DNA from: Candidatus Cloacimonadota bacterium
Lineage (GTDB): Bacteria; Cloacimonadota; Cloacimonadia; Cloacimonadales; WRIO01
DNA length: 17,854 nt
Direction: 5' to 3'
Assembly (NCBI GenBank): GCA_029564175.1
Contig: JAKQQL010000012.1
Location: 1-17,854, forward strand
Shown here: positions 9,587 through 17,077 of the stretch, in pieces
How the letters are laid out: each line of letters opens with the position of its first letter
Numbering within the stretch: the first letter of the stretch is position 1
Made by a program: the position numbers and the translations under genes
The notes under the pieces: model-generated
Database searches by the model: none
The model's input: the letters and a program-made list of their open reading frames with translations, nothing else
What the model was told of the DNA's origin: nothing

Positions 9587-10243
9587 TCAAACAGCCTGAA
9601 TCATCAATTGTTGATCAGAAATTGAATTGATTTCATAAAAATCAGATATTTTACAGTCCAGCCAATTACTGAATTCTGATTCTTTTATTATGACAGGCAT
9701 CCTGTCATGAATCATTTTCATTTCATTATTTGCTTCCTGGGTGATTATACTAAAGGTATTTAAAACAAAATCATCTCTTTTCCTACTTTCCCATATACCA
9801 GCCAGAGAAAATATCTCATGATTCTTTTGCCTTATCTCAAATTTCTGTTTTTGCTGATTCCATTCATAGAAATAATTGCATGGAATCAAACATCGTCTGG
9901 ATTTCCATGCATTTCTGAAAGATGGTTTTTCACTGATCGTTTCTTGTCGGGCATTGATTAGTTTCATGGCAAAACTTTCATCTTTAGACCATGATGGTAC
10001 TAATCCCCATCTCATCCAGTCAATCTGATAATGATTGTTTTCTTTGAAACACACTGGCACATACATTCCAGGGGTAATTTTATGACTTGGAAAATCATAT
10101 TGATTATAGGGTGTTTTATCTTTCTTTGTTTTTAGAAACTCATGCAACGCTTCAGGGTTAAACTCCTTTTCAAATTGTTTCAGAAAATTGTAGTAATCAA
10201 TGATTGCCTGTATATTGGAAAATAGGGCAAATTGTCCGCACAT
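9587..10243 (-). CDS. SOS response-associated peptidase (SRAP/YedK/HMCES family, abasic-site processing)
   Basis: N-terminal MCG (Cys2), MRWGLVPSW, INARQET, RRCLIP..FYEW, LAGIW and IHDRMPVI; AGGAGG RBS. Confidence 0.94.
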   Translation of the reverse strand: MCGQFALFSNIQAIIDYYNFLKQFEKEFNPEALHEFLKTKKDKTPYNQYDFPSHKITPGMYVPVCFKENNHYQIDWMRWGLVPSWSKDESFAMKLINARQETISEKPSFRNAWKSRRCLIPCNYFYEWNQQKQKFEIRQKNHEIFSLAGIWESRKRDDFVLNTFSIITQEANNEMKMIHDRMPVIIKESEFSNWLDCKISDFYEINSISDQQLMIQAV

Positions 10244-10307
10244 AAAAGCCTCCTTTTTAATGTAAGATCAATTATCCTTAGTTGATCTGGATTAGCCAGA
10301 TTTTTTG

Positions 10308-10360
10308 GACAAGCAAGCTGCTTGTCAGTTCTCTGCTCGTAGGGCAAGCAACCTGCTTGT
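10308..10360. repeat. Two REP-like palindromes related to the adjacent tandem array
   Basis: GACAAGCA-AGC-TGCTTGTC (10308-10326) and GTAG-GG-CAAGCA-ACC-TGCTTG-T (10339-10360); the second is inverted relative to the array units. Confidence 0.7.
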
Positions 10361-10371
10361 TAAATATTCTC

Positions 10372-10506
10372 CACAAGCTGGTAGCATGTGTTACCTTTTC
10401 ACAAGCTGGTAGCATGTGTTACCTTTTCACAAGCTGGTAGCTTGCGTTACCTTTTCACAAGCTGGTAGCTTGCGTTACCATTCTACAAGCTGGTAGCATG
10501 TGTTAC
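10372..10506 (-). repeat. Tandem array of five 28-bp palindromic (REP-like) units
   Basis: Units start at 10372, 10400, 10428, 10456 and 10484 (the last is 23 bp). + strand consensus CACAAGCTGGTAGC(A/T)TG(T/C)GTTACCTTTT with internal IR CAAGCT-GGT-AGCTTG. No spacers. The last unit contains the helicase stop codon. Confidence 0.95.
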
Positions 10507-12521
10507 TGTTTTATTTTATACAAGAATTGTTCCAGTTTGCTTTGAGGATATTGATTCTCTTTTAGCATGAAAAATAGACAATCGTAAGCTCTGGTCATAC
10601 CTACATAAAGCAATTTGACAGCGATATTTTCCTTGAGTTTTTCATCATCGCATCTGAAATTCATCAATTCAGTTTCGATGTCAATCAGAATGACCATTCT
10701 GAACTCCAGCCCTTTGGCAGAATGCAGGGTTGATACTTTTACCGCATTCTTCTGATAATGATTATCCTGATTTCTGATTAAAACAGCCGGAATATCCTCT
10801 TTTACAAGGAGTTCCACGATATTCTCAATTTTGGACGAAGCACCGAAGACTGCAATATCAGAATATTCAATTTTCTGATCTGTTACAGCAAATTGAATCA
10901 AACTGCAAATCTTGGAAATCTTGTTTTCAGGCTGATAGACGATTCGTTCAACTGGTTTCCCATTTCTTCCACAGCTGATAGGTTGAACCCACCTTATCTT
11001 AAAATGTTGGGTTAAACGATAAGCTTCGTCCAGTATTTGCACCGTATTCCGGTAATTTTTTTTAAGTGTTAGCACATTCGCCCCATGAAAAGGGAGCTTG
11101 ACATCATCCCATCTGAAGGATTTTCGGTAAATCGATTGTTTAAAGTCGCCTGCAAGAATACAGAGGGCATCATTATCTTTGCGTAAAGCCGAAATGATTT
11201 TGATACTAACAGGCGTCATATCCTGAATTTCATCGACAAAGAGAGCATCCATTTTGAACTCAAAATCCGGCTTTTGGATCACCTGTAACATCGATAACAT
11301 CATCAGCGGATAGGTCGTCCATTTTTTTTCACTAAGCAGATCCAGGTATTTTTCATAGATATCCCAAATTGCCAGTCGCTGATTTTTGCCCAGTCTTCTG
11401 TCTCTGCCATGTCGTTTGTGATTGAGATAGTCTTTACTGTTTTGCAAACCATATTCCATGATCACTTCATCGATTTCTTTTTTCAGAAAGAAACTTATCT
11501 TACCAGGATCTTTTAATTTGAGTATTTTTATTGTTTTCTGATCATATAAAGAATCAAATATAGCATATCGGTTGATACTTTTATCCTTTTCAATCATCTG
11601 ATTATGATCCAGATAGCAATCAGATAAGGATTCAACCCAATCAAACAACCCATAAATATTCAGGTTTTTAACCAGAATACCGTTCAGCTCTTCAATTGCT
11701 TCCTTAATCATATTCGCCAGTGCCAGATTGAAAGTAAAAAGGATACATTCTTTATCCGGATGTGCCTGAGCATAGTAGATCGCTTTATAAATTAGGATCG
11801 TCGTTTTACCTGAGCCTGTTTCACCTTTTAATAAATAAGATCTTTCGGCAGTCTGCTTAATAATCTCATCCTGATATTCATCAAGATGAATCATCAGCTT
11901 TTCATTTGTACCATGGATAAATCCAAAGAGATGATCTTCATTGCCTGCAGATAAGAGGATATTTTCCGGCAGTTTATGATATTGCCAGAGTTTATATCGA
12001 CAAACGGCATCGATTGTATTCAAATTCCACAGAGACATTTCATTGCATTTTCGTATTTCAGAAATCTGGTAATCTGATATCAAGAGCTTTTCTTTAAGAA
12101 AATTATCACTCAGATTTCCTGCGAAGATTCTGGTTTTGTTTTGAATCTCATTTAGTTCCTGTTTGTTTAAAAAATCTGCGGTTACATCACATAATGCCCC
12201 ATTGATAACCTGATTTTCTTTCTCTTTGCTGTTAAAATAACGCTCTGCTTCGTCTTCAATGTTATGATCAGGCCCCAGACCCCAGATAATAAGCTGGTTA
12301 TTCTTTTTAAAATACAGGAGACGCCCGCCTTTTCTGCCGGCAATATCTGAAATCCACAGGCTATTGCCGGGCAGAGAACGGAATTTGTGATCATTCGGGC
12401 GGGTATTATCTCTTAATTCGATGACAGATCTGTGTAAAGCTTGCCTGAAATTATCATCAGAATCCTGAATGATAAGTTTGTTTTCTCTGGCTCTGCTTTC
12501 AGGAAAGTAAACATTCAACAT
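10503..12521 (-). CDS. UvrD-like SF1 helicase with N-terminal RelE/ParE-like domain
   Basis: SF1 motifs: [60 protein letters not shown]. The first ~95 aa (FRQALHRSVIEL...LWISDIAGRKGGRLLYF...LIIWGLGPDH) follow the RelE/ParE helix + beta-sheet pattern. The helicase call is firm; the RelE call is by eye. Confidence 0.85.
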   Translation of the reverse strand: MLNVYFPESRARENKLIIQDSDDNFRQALHRSVIELRDNTRPNDHKFRSLPGNSLWISDIAGRKGGRLLYFKKNNQLIIWGLGPDHNIEDEAERYFNSKEKENQVINGALCDVTADFLNKQELNEIQNKTRIFAGNLSDNFLKEKLLISDYQISEIRKCNEMSLWNLNTIDAVCRYKLWQYHKLPENILLSAGNEDHLFGFIHGTNEKLMIHLDEYQDEIIKQTAERSYLLKGETGSGKTTILIYKAIYYAQAHPDKECILFTFNLALANMIKEAIEELNGILVKNLNIYGLFDWVESLSDCYLDHNQMIEKDKSINRYAIFDSLYDQKTIKILKLKDPGKISFFLKKEIDEVIMEYGLQNSKDYLNHKRHGRDRRLGKNQRLAIWDIYEKYLDLLSEKKWTTYPLMMLSMLQVIQKPDFEFKMDALFVDEIQDMTPVSIKIISALRKDNDALCILAGDFKQSIYRKSFRWDDVKLPFHGANVLTLKKNYRNTVQILDEAYRLTQHFKIRWVQPISCGRNGKPVERIVYQPENKISKICSLIQFAVTDQKIEYSDIAVFGASSKIENIVELLVKEDIPAVLIRNQDNHYQKNAVKVSTLHSAKGLEFRMVILIDIETELMNFRCDDEKLKENIAVKLLYVGMTRAYDCLFFMLKENQYPQSKLEQFLYKIKQ

Positions 12522-12531
12522 CTATCTGCCT

Positions 12532-12867
12532 TTAAAACTCTGTTTGACCCAGTATATCACGAATTTCATCAAACAATGTTTCAATCTCTTCAATTTCTAT
12601 TTGCAGAAACTCAGTGCCGGATAATGATAATCGTAATTCATCAATTTGTTTTTGAAGCAGTTCTCTGGTTTGTTCATCTTTAATAATTTCAATGGTTTCT
12701 TCGATTTTTTCAATCTTTTCTTCAATGTCATCGTTGTCAATTTCGTCTTCAGCATCTCTGATTTCTTCATAATCAGAATAAAGGTCGTTTAATCGGCTGA
12801 TAAGTTTTTCAGCTTGTTCTTTTAAATCTTCCAGTTCACTTTTTAGTTCATCTGTTTTTTCTGACAT
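12532..12867 (-). CDS. Small highly acidic coiled-coil hypothetical protein (111 aa)
   Basis: ATG with AAGGA RBS; 39 D/E versus 13 K/R by hand count; heptad-like hydrophobic spacing; stop lies 10 nt before the helicase ATG. Confidence 0.8.
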   Translation of the reverse strand: MSEKTDELKSELEDLKEQAEKLISRLNDLYSDYEEIRDAEDEIDNDDIEEKIEKIEETIEIIKDEQTRELLQKQIDELRLSLSGTEFLQIEIEEIETLFDEIRDILGQTEF

Positions 12868-12894
12868 GATACTTTCCTTTCTTGTACAATTATC

Positions 12895-12922
12895 GTAGAG
12901 TAAGCTACTAGCTTGCTACTCT
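12895..12922 (+). repeat. Isolated REP-like palindrome of the 10.4-kb array family
   Basis: GTAGAGTAAGCT-ACT-AGCTTGCTACTCT compared with the array unit (minus strand) GTAACGCAAGCT-ACC-AGCTTGTG. Confidence 0.7.
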
Positions 12923-13018
12923 GAAAAAGAATTCAGGAGGAATGACATGTAGATAACACGGTGAGTCAGCGCTGTGAAAGCATACACCTCTTCCTCCAAA
13001 CATTTTAGGTTCAAGACC

Positions 13019-13027
13019 ATTATAGCA
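13019..13027 (-). promoter_or_regulatory. Putative extended -10 promoter for the acidic protein/helicase pair
   Basis: TG-C-TATAAT on the minus strand just after the LRAT-like gene stop; no clear -35. Confidence 0.4.
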
Positions 13028-13034
13028 AAACATC

Positions 13035-13616
13035 TTACAATCGTTGATAGATTCGATACGCAATACTTAAACATTCCACACTATAATTACCGCCGGTTTT
13101 TGACCAAAAAGCGATATGATTACAATTTTGAACAGATAATTGCAAAATGTCAATACCTATTTTTGATTTTGCACGAAAAATTGTCTCTTCTGGTGAATAG
13201 ATGGTGAGATATCTGAATTTTTCACCAAGTTGTAATTCTTTGAAGAGAAACTTATTGAATAAATATGGATTTTTGGCCTCTTCCAGAAGTAATTTGGTAT
13301 CCAATACAAAAAAATCTCTCTGACCTTTAAGGAATTCATGAAGTGACGAATGAATGAGAATATTGTCTTTACATTTTCGATCGTCTCCCAGTCTAAAGAA
13401 GATGATTTGATTTTGTTCGGTATATATTCCTAAACTGACTTTATTGTCGATGGTAACACCCAGTATATCGCCTTTAAGAATTTGGCAGTTTTCTGGAATT
13501 TTTAACATACTCTTTGTTTTCTGAATATGTTTTTTTGGATTTTTCAGTATATCGTACCATTCTTTCAAATCAATTTTGGGAATCTCTTCCGGGACTCTGA
13601 TTATTTTTTTATTCAT
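13035..13616 (-). CDS. LRAT/NC-domain (permuted NlpC/P60) family protein, catalytically degenerate (193 aa)
   Basis: GDILGV...LGIY...QIIFF...SLHEFLKG...YSPEETIFRAKSKIG...QNCNHIAFWSKTG matches the bacterial LRAT pattern (GDxI...HyGIY...VIH...SLeeF...RAxSrlG...YnL..NCEHFaxWCKTG). Start placed at ATG 13616 (AGGAG RBS) rather than GTG 13754. Confidence 0.75.
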   Translation of the reverse strand: MNKKIIRVPEEIPKIDLKEWYDILKNPKKHIQKTKSMLKIPENCQILKGDILGVTIDNKVSLGIYTEQNQIIFFRLGDDRKCKDNILIHSSLHEFLKGQRDFFVLDTKLLLEEAKNPYLFNKFLFKELQLGEKFRYLTIYSPEETIFRAKSKIGIDILQLSVQNCNHIAFWSKTGGNYSVECLSIAYRIYQRL

Positions 13617-13746
13617 GGTTTTCTCTCCTGTTTGTCCTTTTGACATCTGATGATAAATCTGTTGTTCTGATATAGGGGATATGCTTAATTGAGTATTAAG
13701 TCCCATTATTATGAACAACTCACATAGATATTTGAACACTGCTTTA

Positions 13747-14787
13747 TTAATCACCTTGTTTATCTTTCATGCACATCTCAGCTATTTTTACTGAATAAGT
13801 CTTTAGATATAGTTCAATAGGGAAGAGACTATTATGAATTTCACTGATAAATCGGTCTCTGGTTGTCTCGATAATATCTTTAACTGTTTTTCTGCCTCCG
13901 GAGCAGAACTCCCTAATTTGGCTTTCAGGAAGTGTCGTTTTAGAAAACCAACGGTTAAAAAAGTTTTCGTATTCATTAAATTCGGTATGTGGTAATAACA
14001 AGACAGAAATACCATAGATATTCATAACGGATTTCATATCGGGTTCATATTCTTTTTCAGAGACTGTAAAAATCTGATCCCCCCAGATTGTATTGAGTTT
14101 TTCAACCAGATTCTGTACGATAATCATAACACTCTCAGTTTTATAATTTTCTGGTTTTAGATATTCTCCCATGTACTGATTATACAAGGCTTCCAGTTCA
14201 TCTTTCAGACATTCAATCTGATCATCGAAATATTCATTGAGCTCATCTACATATTCTTCAACTGCATCATCGTCATCGGTATCAAAATCTCTGCATTTGT
14301 AGTAAGTCGTACCGGATGGAATCCCTGACCGGCTTAGTTTTTCGATATACTTTTCTTTGATAGGTGCCAAATCGTTATTGATCTGATAGCGCTTGATTAA
14401 AGTGAAATCATTTTCTTTACTAATATCATCAATTAGTTTGAGAGACTGATGCACTTTGTCTAAAAAGCCTTGTTGATAATCTCTTTTGTCAATATCTGAA
14501 AAACGATTAAATAGCGTCCCAGTTCTTTTGTTTATCTCAGTAAATGGGACAAAGAAACTCAGATTTTCTTTTTCAACTTGTTTTCTGACTTCTTCTTCTT
14601 TTTTCTTTTCTTCATTATCAGTCTGCAGGTTCTTACTCACGCAGTCATTCACCTGTTTAGTAATGTTATCCATGTTTTTCAAAAATGATGATATCCCTAA
14701 TGCTTGTTTTTCTGACTTCTCATTAGGTGTTTGCTTTTGTTCAACTGAACCAAACAGGTTGCTTTGATTTTTTTCGTTGTCTGACAT
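13747..14787 (-). CDS. Hypothetical protein, probably alpha-helical with a low-complexity N-terminus (346 aa)
   Basis: Long ORF; ATG 14787 (MSDNEK) has a GGAGG RBS (the ORF-track TTG at 14799 overlaps that RBS); no recognisable catalytic motif. Confidence 0.8.
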   Translation of the reverse strand: MSDNEKNQSNLFGSVEQKQTPNEKSEKQALGISSFLKNMDNITKQVNDCVSKNLQTDNEEKKKEEEVRKQVEKENLSFFVPFTEINKRTGTLFNRFSDIDKRDYQQGFLDKVHQSLKLIDDISKENDFTLIKRYQINNDLAPIKEKYIEKLSRSGIPSGTTYYKCRDFDTDDDDAVEEYVDELNEYFDDQIECLKDELEALYNQYMGEYLKPENYKTESVMIIVQNLVEKLNTIWGDQIFTVSEKEYEPDMKSVMNIYGISVLLLPHTEFNEYENFFNRWFSKTTLPESQIREFCSGGRKTVKDIIETTRDRFISEIHNSLFPIELYLKTYSVKIAEMCMKDKQGD

Positions 14788-14819
14788 CTTTTCCTCCAAT
14801 ATTCATTTTTATCAGAGAT

Positions 14820-14828
14820 ATTATAACA
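14820..14828 (-). promoter_or_regulatory. Putative extended -10 promoter of the 346-aa gene
   Basis: TG-T-TATAAT 32 nt upstream of the ATG; a small palindrome GGACA-ACCTG-TGTCC (14837-14851) covers the -35 position. Confidence 0.45.
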
Positions 14829-14871
14829 TGGTGTTTGGACAACCTGTGTCCCGAGAGAAAATAAAAATATT

Positions 14872-15033
14872 TAACCACGGAAGGCACAGAAATCACGAAA
14901 AAGAGTTAGTTAACCACGGATAGGACGGATTTACACGGATAAAGTATAACCAATAATAACCCTGAAAGGGTGGCATTATTGTAGAACCTCTATATATATT
15001 ACCCGGGGAAAAACGTAATTCTGTCTTCCTGAC
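14872..15033. repeat. Composite direct repeat, copy A
   Basis: Shares three colinear blocks with 16896-17077: a 71-nt block of 9-nt-period units (AACCACGGA AGGCACAGA AATCAC...; 3 substitutions + 1 indel), the 30-nt ATAACCCTGAAAGGGTGGCATTATTGTAGA (1 mismatch), and TATATATTACCCGG...AATTCTGTCTT..TGAC. Confidence 0.92.
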
Positions 15034-15041
15034 TATTATAA

Positions 15042-15186
15042 AACGATTTACGACCACTGAAATTACAGAAAGACACAGAAGTATCAGTAAGAATATGAAG
15101 AGAGAAAAGATTATTTCTTATTGTCTAAACTATTGTTCTTCTGTTTCCTTCAGCATTATCAGTGTCATAAGTTATCGTGAGTCGTT
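15042..15186. repeat. Long imperfect inverted repeat directly downstream of the AAA gene
   Basis: AACGATTTACGA pairs with TCGTGAGTCGTT (12 bp, 2 G-U on the + strand). CACTGA-AATTACAGA-AAGACACAGAAG pairs imperfectly with CTTCTGTTTCC-TTCAGCATTA-TCAGTG. Inner TAAGAA/TTCTTA. Confidence 0.6.
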
Positions 15187-15191
15187 GGAAG

Positions 15192-16823
15192 TTATCTTCT
15201 TTTTCTTTCAGTTTTAGACCAATTATCGCTAAACTTCCATATTTCCAACTTAACCCCATCGTATTCTGTTAGCTCATTGGGTTCGGTTGCTGACCATTTT
15301 TGGGTATTGTTTCGATCAAAGATAAGGATATGGGCTTCATCAGAACCGCATATTCTGGCATATTCTGCAGTTTGAATCAAGGCTTCCTGACGGACTTTTT
15401 CGAAGCTGTATCTCTCATTGATGACTTTCAGTTCCATCACTACTTTTTGATAATGTATCTGATTATTTAAGGAATAAGACCATTTGAGCATGAGGTCTGT
15501 TCGTTTACGGGAAACGCCATACTCCCGATTGATGAAACCATTGCCATTGGCTACTCTTTGCAGGAATGCCTGGGTAATCAGTTGCGGAGCTGCTTCCTGG
15601 TAGCCTGCAATATGACTCGCCCAGATGCCTGAGTTGTCATTCCAGAAATCTTTAAAAAGTGTCAGTAAGGTATTGGTATTGATACTGCCATCGGCATTAA
15701 CCCAGTCAGGGCGGTATCTGGCAAGAAAGTTTTCCTGAGATACTTCTGTAAGCTCTCGCGGTATAATCTCTTTATAAATGGCATTGGCAATCTGAAAACT
15801 ATTACCTGTCTTTTTGATGAGACCTAAATCTGAACAGTAATTAGCATCATCCTGATTATATTCAAATTCTTCACCCATAATCATGGGTAATATCAATCGT
15901 CTGACCCTGTCTTCTTTCAGTTTATCTGCCAATTGATCTAAGTGAGTCTGTCTGGACAAAATCAATCTTTCTTTGGCAATTTCCAGCATTTGTGGCGTAA
16001 TTGTAATTGATCTGTTTCTGTTCTCTCTTATTTCACTAGTTACTTCATAGGCAAGGGCATTCACCAGCCAAGGCTGACCATCTGTATAACTCATTACCAG
16101 ATCAAAACAAGCTTCTTCAAATTTCTGACCGGTTTCTGAGGTATGCTGGGTATATAGATTAATCACATCTTCTTTACTGAAATTTCCCAGTCTGAGTGAT
16201 TTCGCTTTGATATTAAAGGCACTGCCTCCGGTGATGATATCCTGTCCGCTGGTCTGAATCCGGTAATCTTTAATATCCCTGACACCACACAGGATGATGG
16301 TTGAGGGGAACGCCACAGGGCGTTTGTCATAACCTGCTCTGAGTTGTCTGAGAACAGAAATCAGGGTATCACCCACCAGCGCATCGATTTCATCAATAAA
16401 CAAAACAACTGGTTTATTATAATGACTACAAATATAAGAAATAACACTGTTTAATCCGTTTTCTGCTTCAGTTTTAGAGAATACTTCAAGCAATGCATCA
16501 AAAATGTTATTATCTTTCATTAAAAAGGCTAAACGATTTGCTATTTCGGTTATGATCGCTTTCATAGCAGATTTGATATCATTTCTGCTTGCCTGTCCTG
16601 CTTCTACATTGGCATAAACAGCCAAATATTTGCCTTCATTGTTCAGATACTCCTGTAATGCGAGAAGAGAACTGGTTTTTCCTGTTTGGCGGGGTGCATG
16701 TAAAATGAAATACTTTTCTTCTTGAATTAAGGATAACACTTCATCTAGATTCCATCTGTGTAAAGGATCTACTTTATAATGCTGTGGGCGATTAACCGGA
16801 CCAGCTGTATTAAAGAATTTCAT
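15192..16823 (-). CDS. AAA-like ATPase with C-terminal PD-(D/E)XK nuclease domain
   Basis: MKFFNTAGP start, Walker A APRQTGKTS, Walker B VVLFIDEID, GSAFNI, TDGQPWLVN; C-terminal REY...RTDL...MELK...QTAEY nuclease-type motifs; AAGGAG RBS. Confidence 0.9.
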   Translation of the reverse strand: MKFFNTAGPVNRPQHYKVDPLHRWNLDEVLSLIQEEKYFILHAPRQTGKTSSLLALQEYLNNEGKYLAVYANVEAGQASRNDIKSAMKAIITEIANRLAFLMKDNNIFDALLEVFSKTEAENGLNSVISYICSHYNKPVVLFIDEIDALVGDTLISVLRQLRAGYDKRPVAFPSTIILCGVRDIKDYRIQTSGQDIITGGSAFNIKAKSLRLGNFSKEDVINLYTQHTSETGQKFEEACFDLVMSYTDGQPWLVNALAYEVTSEIRENRNRSITITPQMLEIAKERLILSRQTHLDQLADKLKEDRVRRLILPMIMGEEFEYNQDDANYCSDLGLIKKTGNSFQIANAIYKEIIPRELTEVSQENFLARYRPDWVNADGSINTNTLLTLFKDFWNDNSGIWASHIAGYQEAAPQLITQAFLQRVANGNGFINREYGVSRKRTDLMLKWSYSLNNQIHYQKVVMELKVINERYSFEKVRQEALIQTAEYARICGSDEAHILIFDRNNTQKWSATEPNELTEYDGVKLEIWKFSDNWSKTERKRR

Positions 16824-16852
16824 TTTAAGCTCCTTATCTCTTCTCTTAAAAC

Positions 16853-16881
16853 ATTGTAATTAGGACTTATGATATTGTCAA
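16853..16881 (-). promoter_or_regulatory. Near-consensus sigma70 promoter of the AAA ATPase gene
   Basis: TTGACA (16881-16876), 17-nt spacer, TACAAT (16858-16853); 29 nt upstream of the ATG. Confidence 0.7.
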
Positions 16882-16895
16882 ATAAAAAAGCATAG

Positions 16896-17077
16896 TAACC
16901 ACGGAAGGCACTGAAATCACAGAAAAAGAGTTCGTTAACCACGGATAGGACGGATTTGCACGGATAAGGATCAGTGATAACCCTGAAAGGGTGGTATTAT
17001 TGTAGATGTTTGTAGTACGAAAACACACCCTCTCTATATATTACCCGGACATAAAAGCGGAATTCTGTCTTTTTGAC
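16896..17077. repeat. Composite direct repeat, copy B
   Basis: Same three blocks as 14872-15033 in the same orientation, with ~20 extra nt between blocks 2 and 3. Confidence 0.92.

Noticed and set aside
10372..10506. CRISPR array
   Set aside because: The 28-bp units are head-to-tail with no unique spacers, and there are no cas genes in the window.
10503..12867. Gabija or another named helicase-based defence system, or housekeeping UvrD/PcrA
   Set aside because: No OLD/TOPRIM nuclease partner (GajA). The long N-terminal extension and short region between motifs IV and V differ from UvrD/PcrA. The small protein lacks a WXG motif.
13617..13754. 46-aa extension of the LRAT-like ORF from GTG 13754
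   Set aside because: Weak RBS, overlaps the upstream stop and spans a hairpin; ATG 13616 has AGGAG.
12182..14767. Short overlapping ORFs (12182-12394, 12441-12683, 12974-13207, 13157-13339, 13803-14015, 14486-14767)
   Set aside because: Nested in or antisense to longer, better-supported ORFs; no domain signal.
15042..15191. Integron attC site after the AAA gene (AAC...GTT-ended hairpin)
   Set aside because: The ends read TTCCAAC and GTTTTAT on the coding strand, not RYYYAAC/GTTRRRY; no L boxes or intI are seen. The 13661-13719 hairpin has GTT/AAC in the wrong order.
14872..17077. IS element or composite transposon
   Set aside because: No transposase ORF, terminal inverted repeats or target-site duplication visible.
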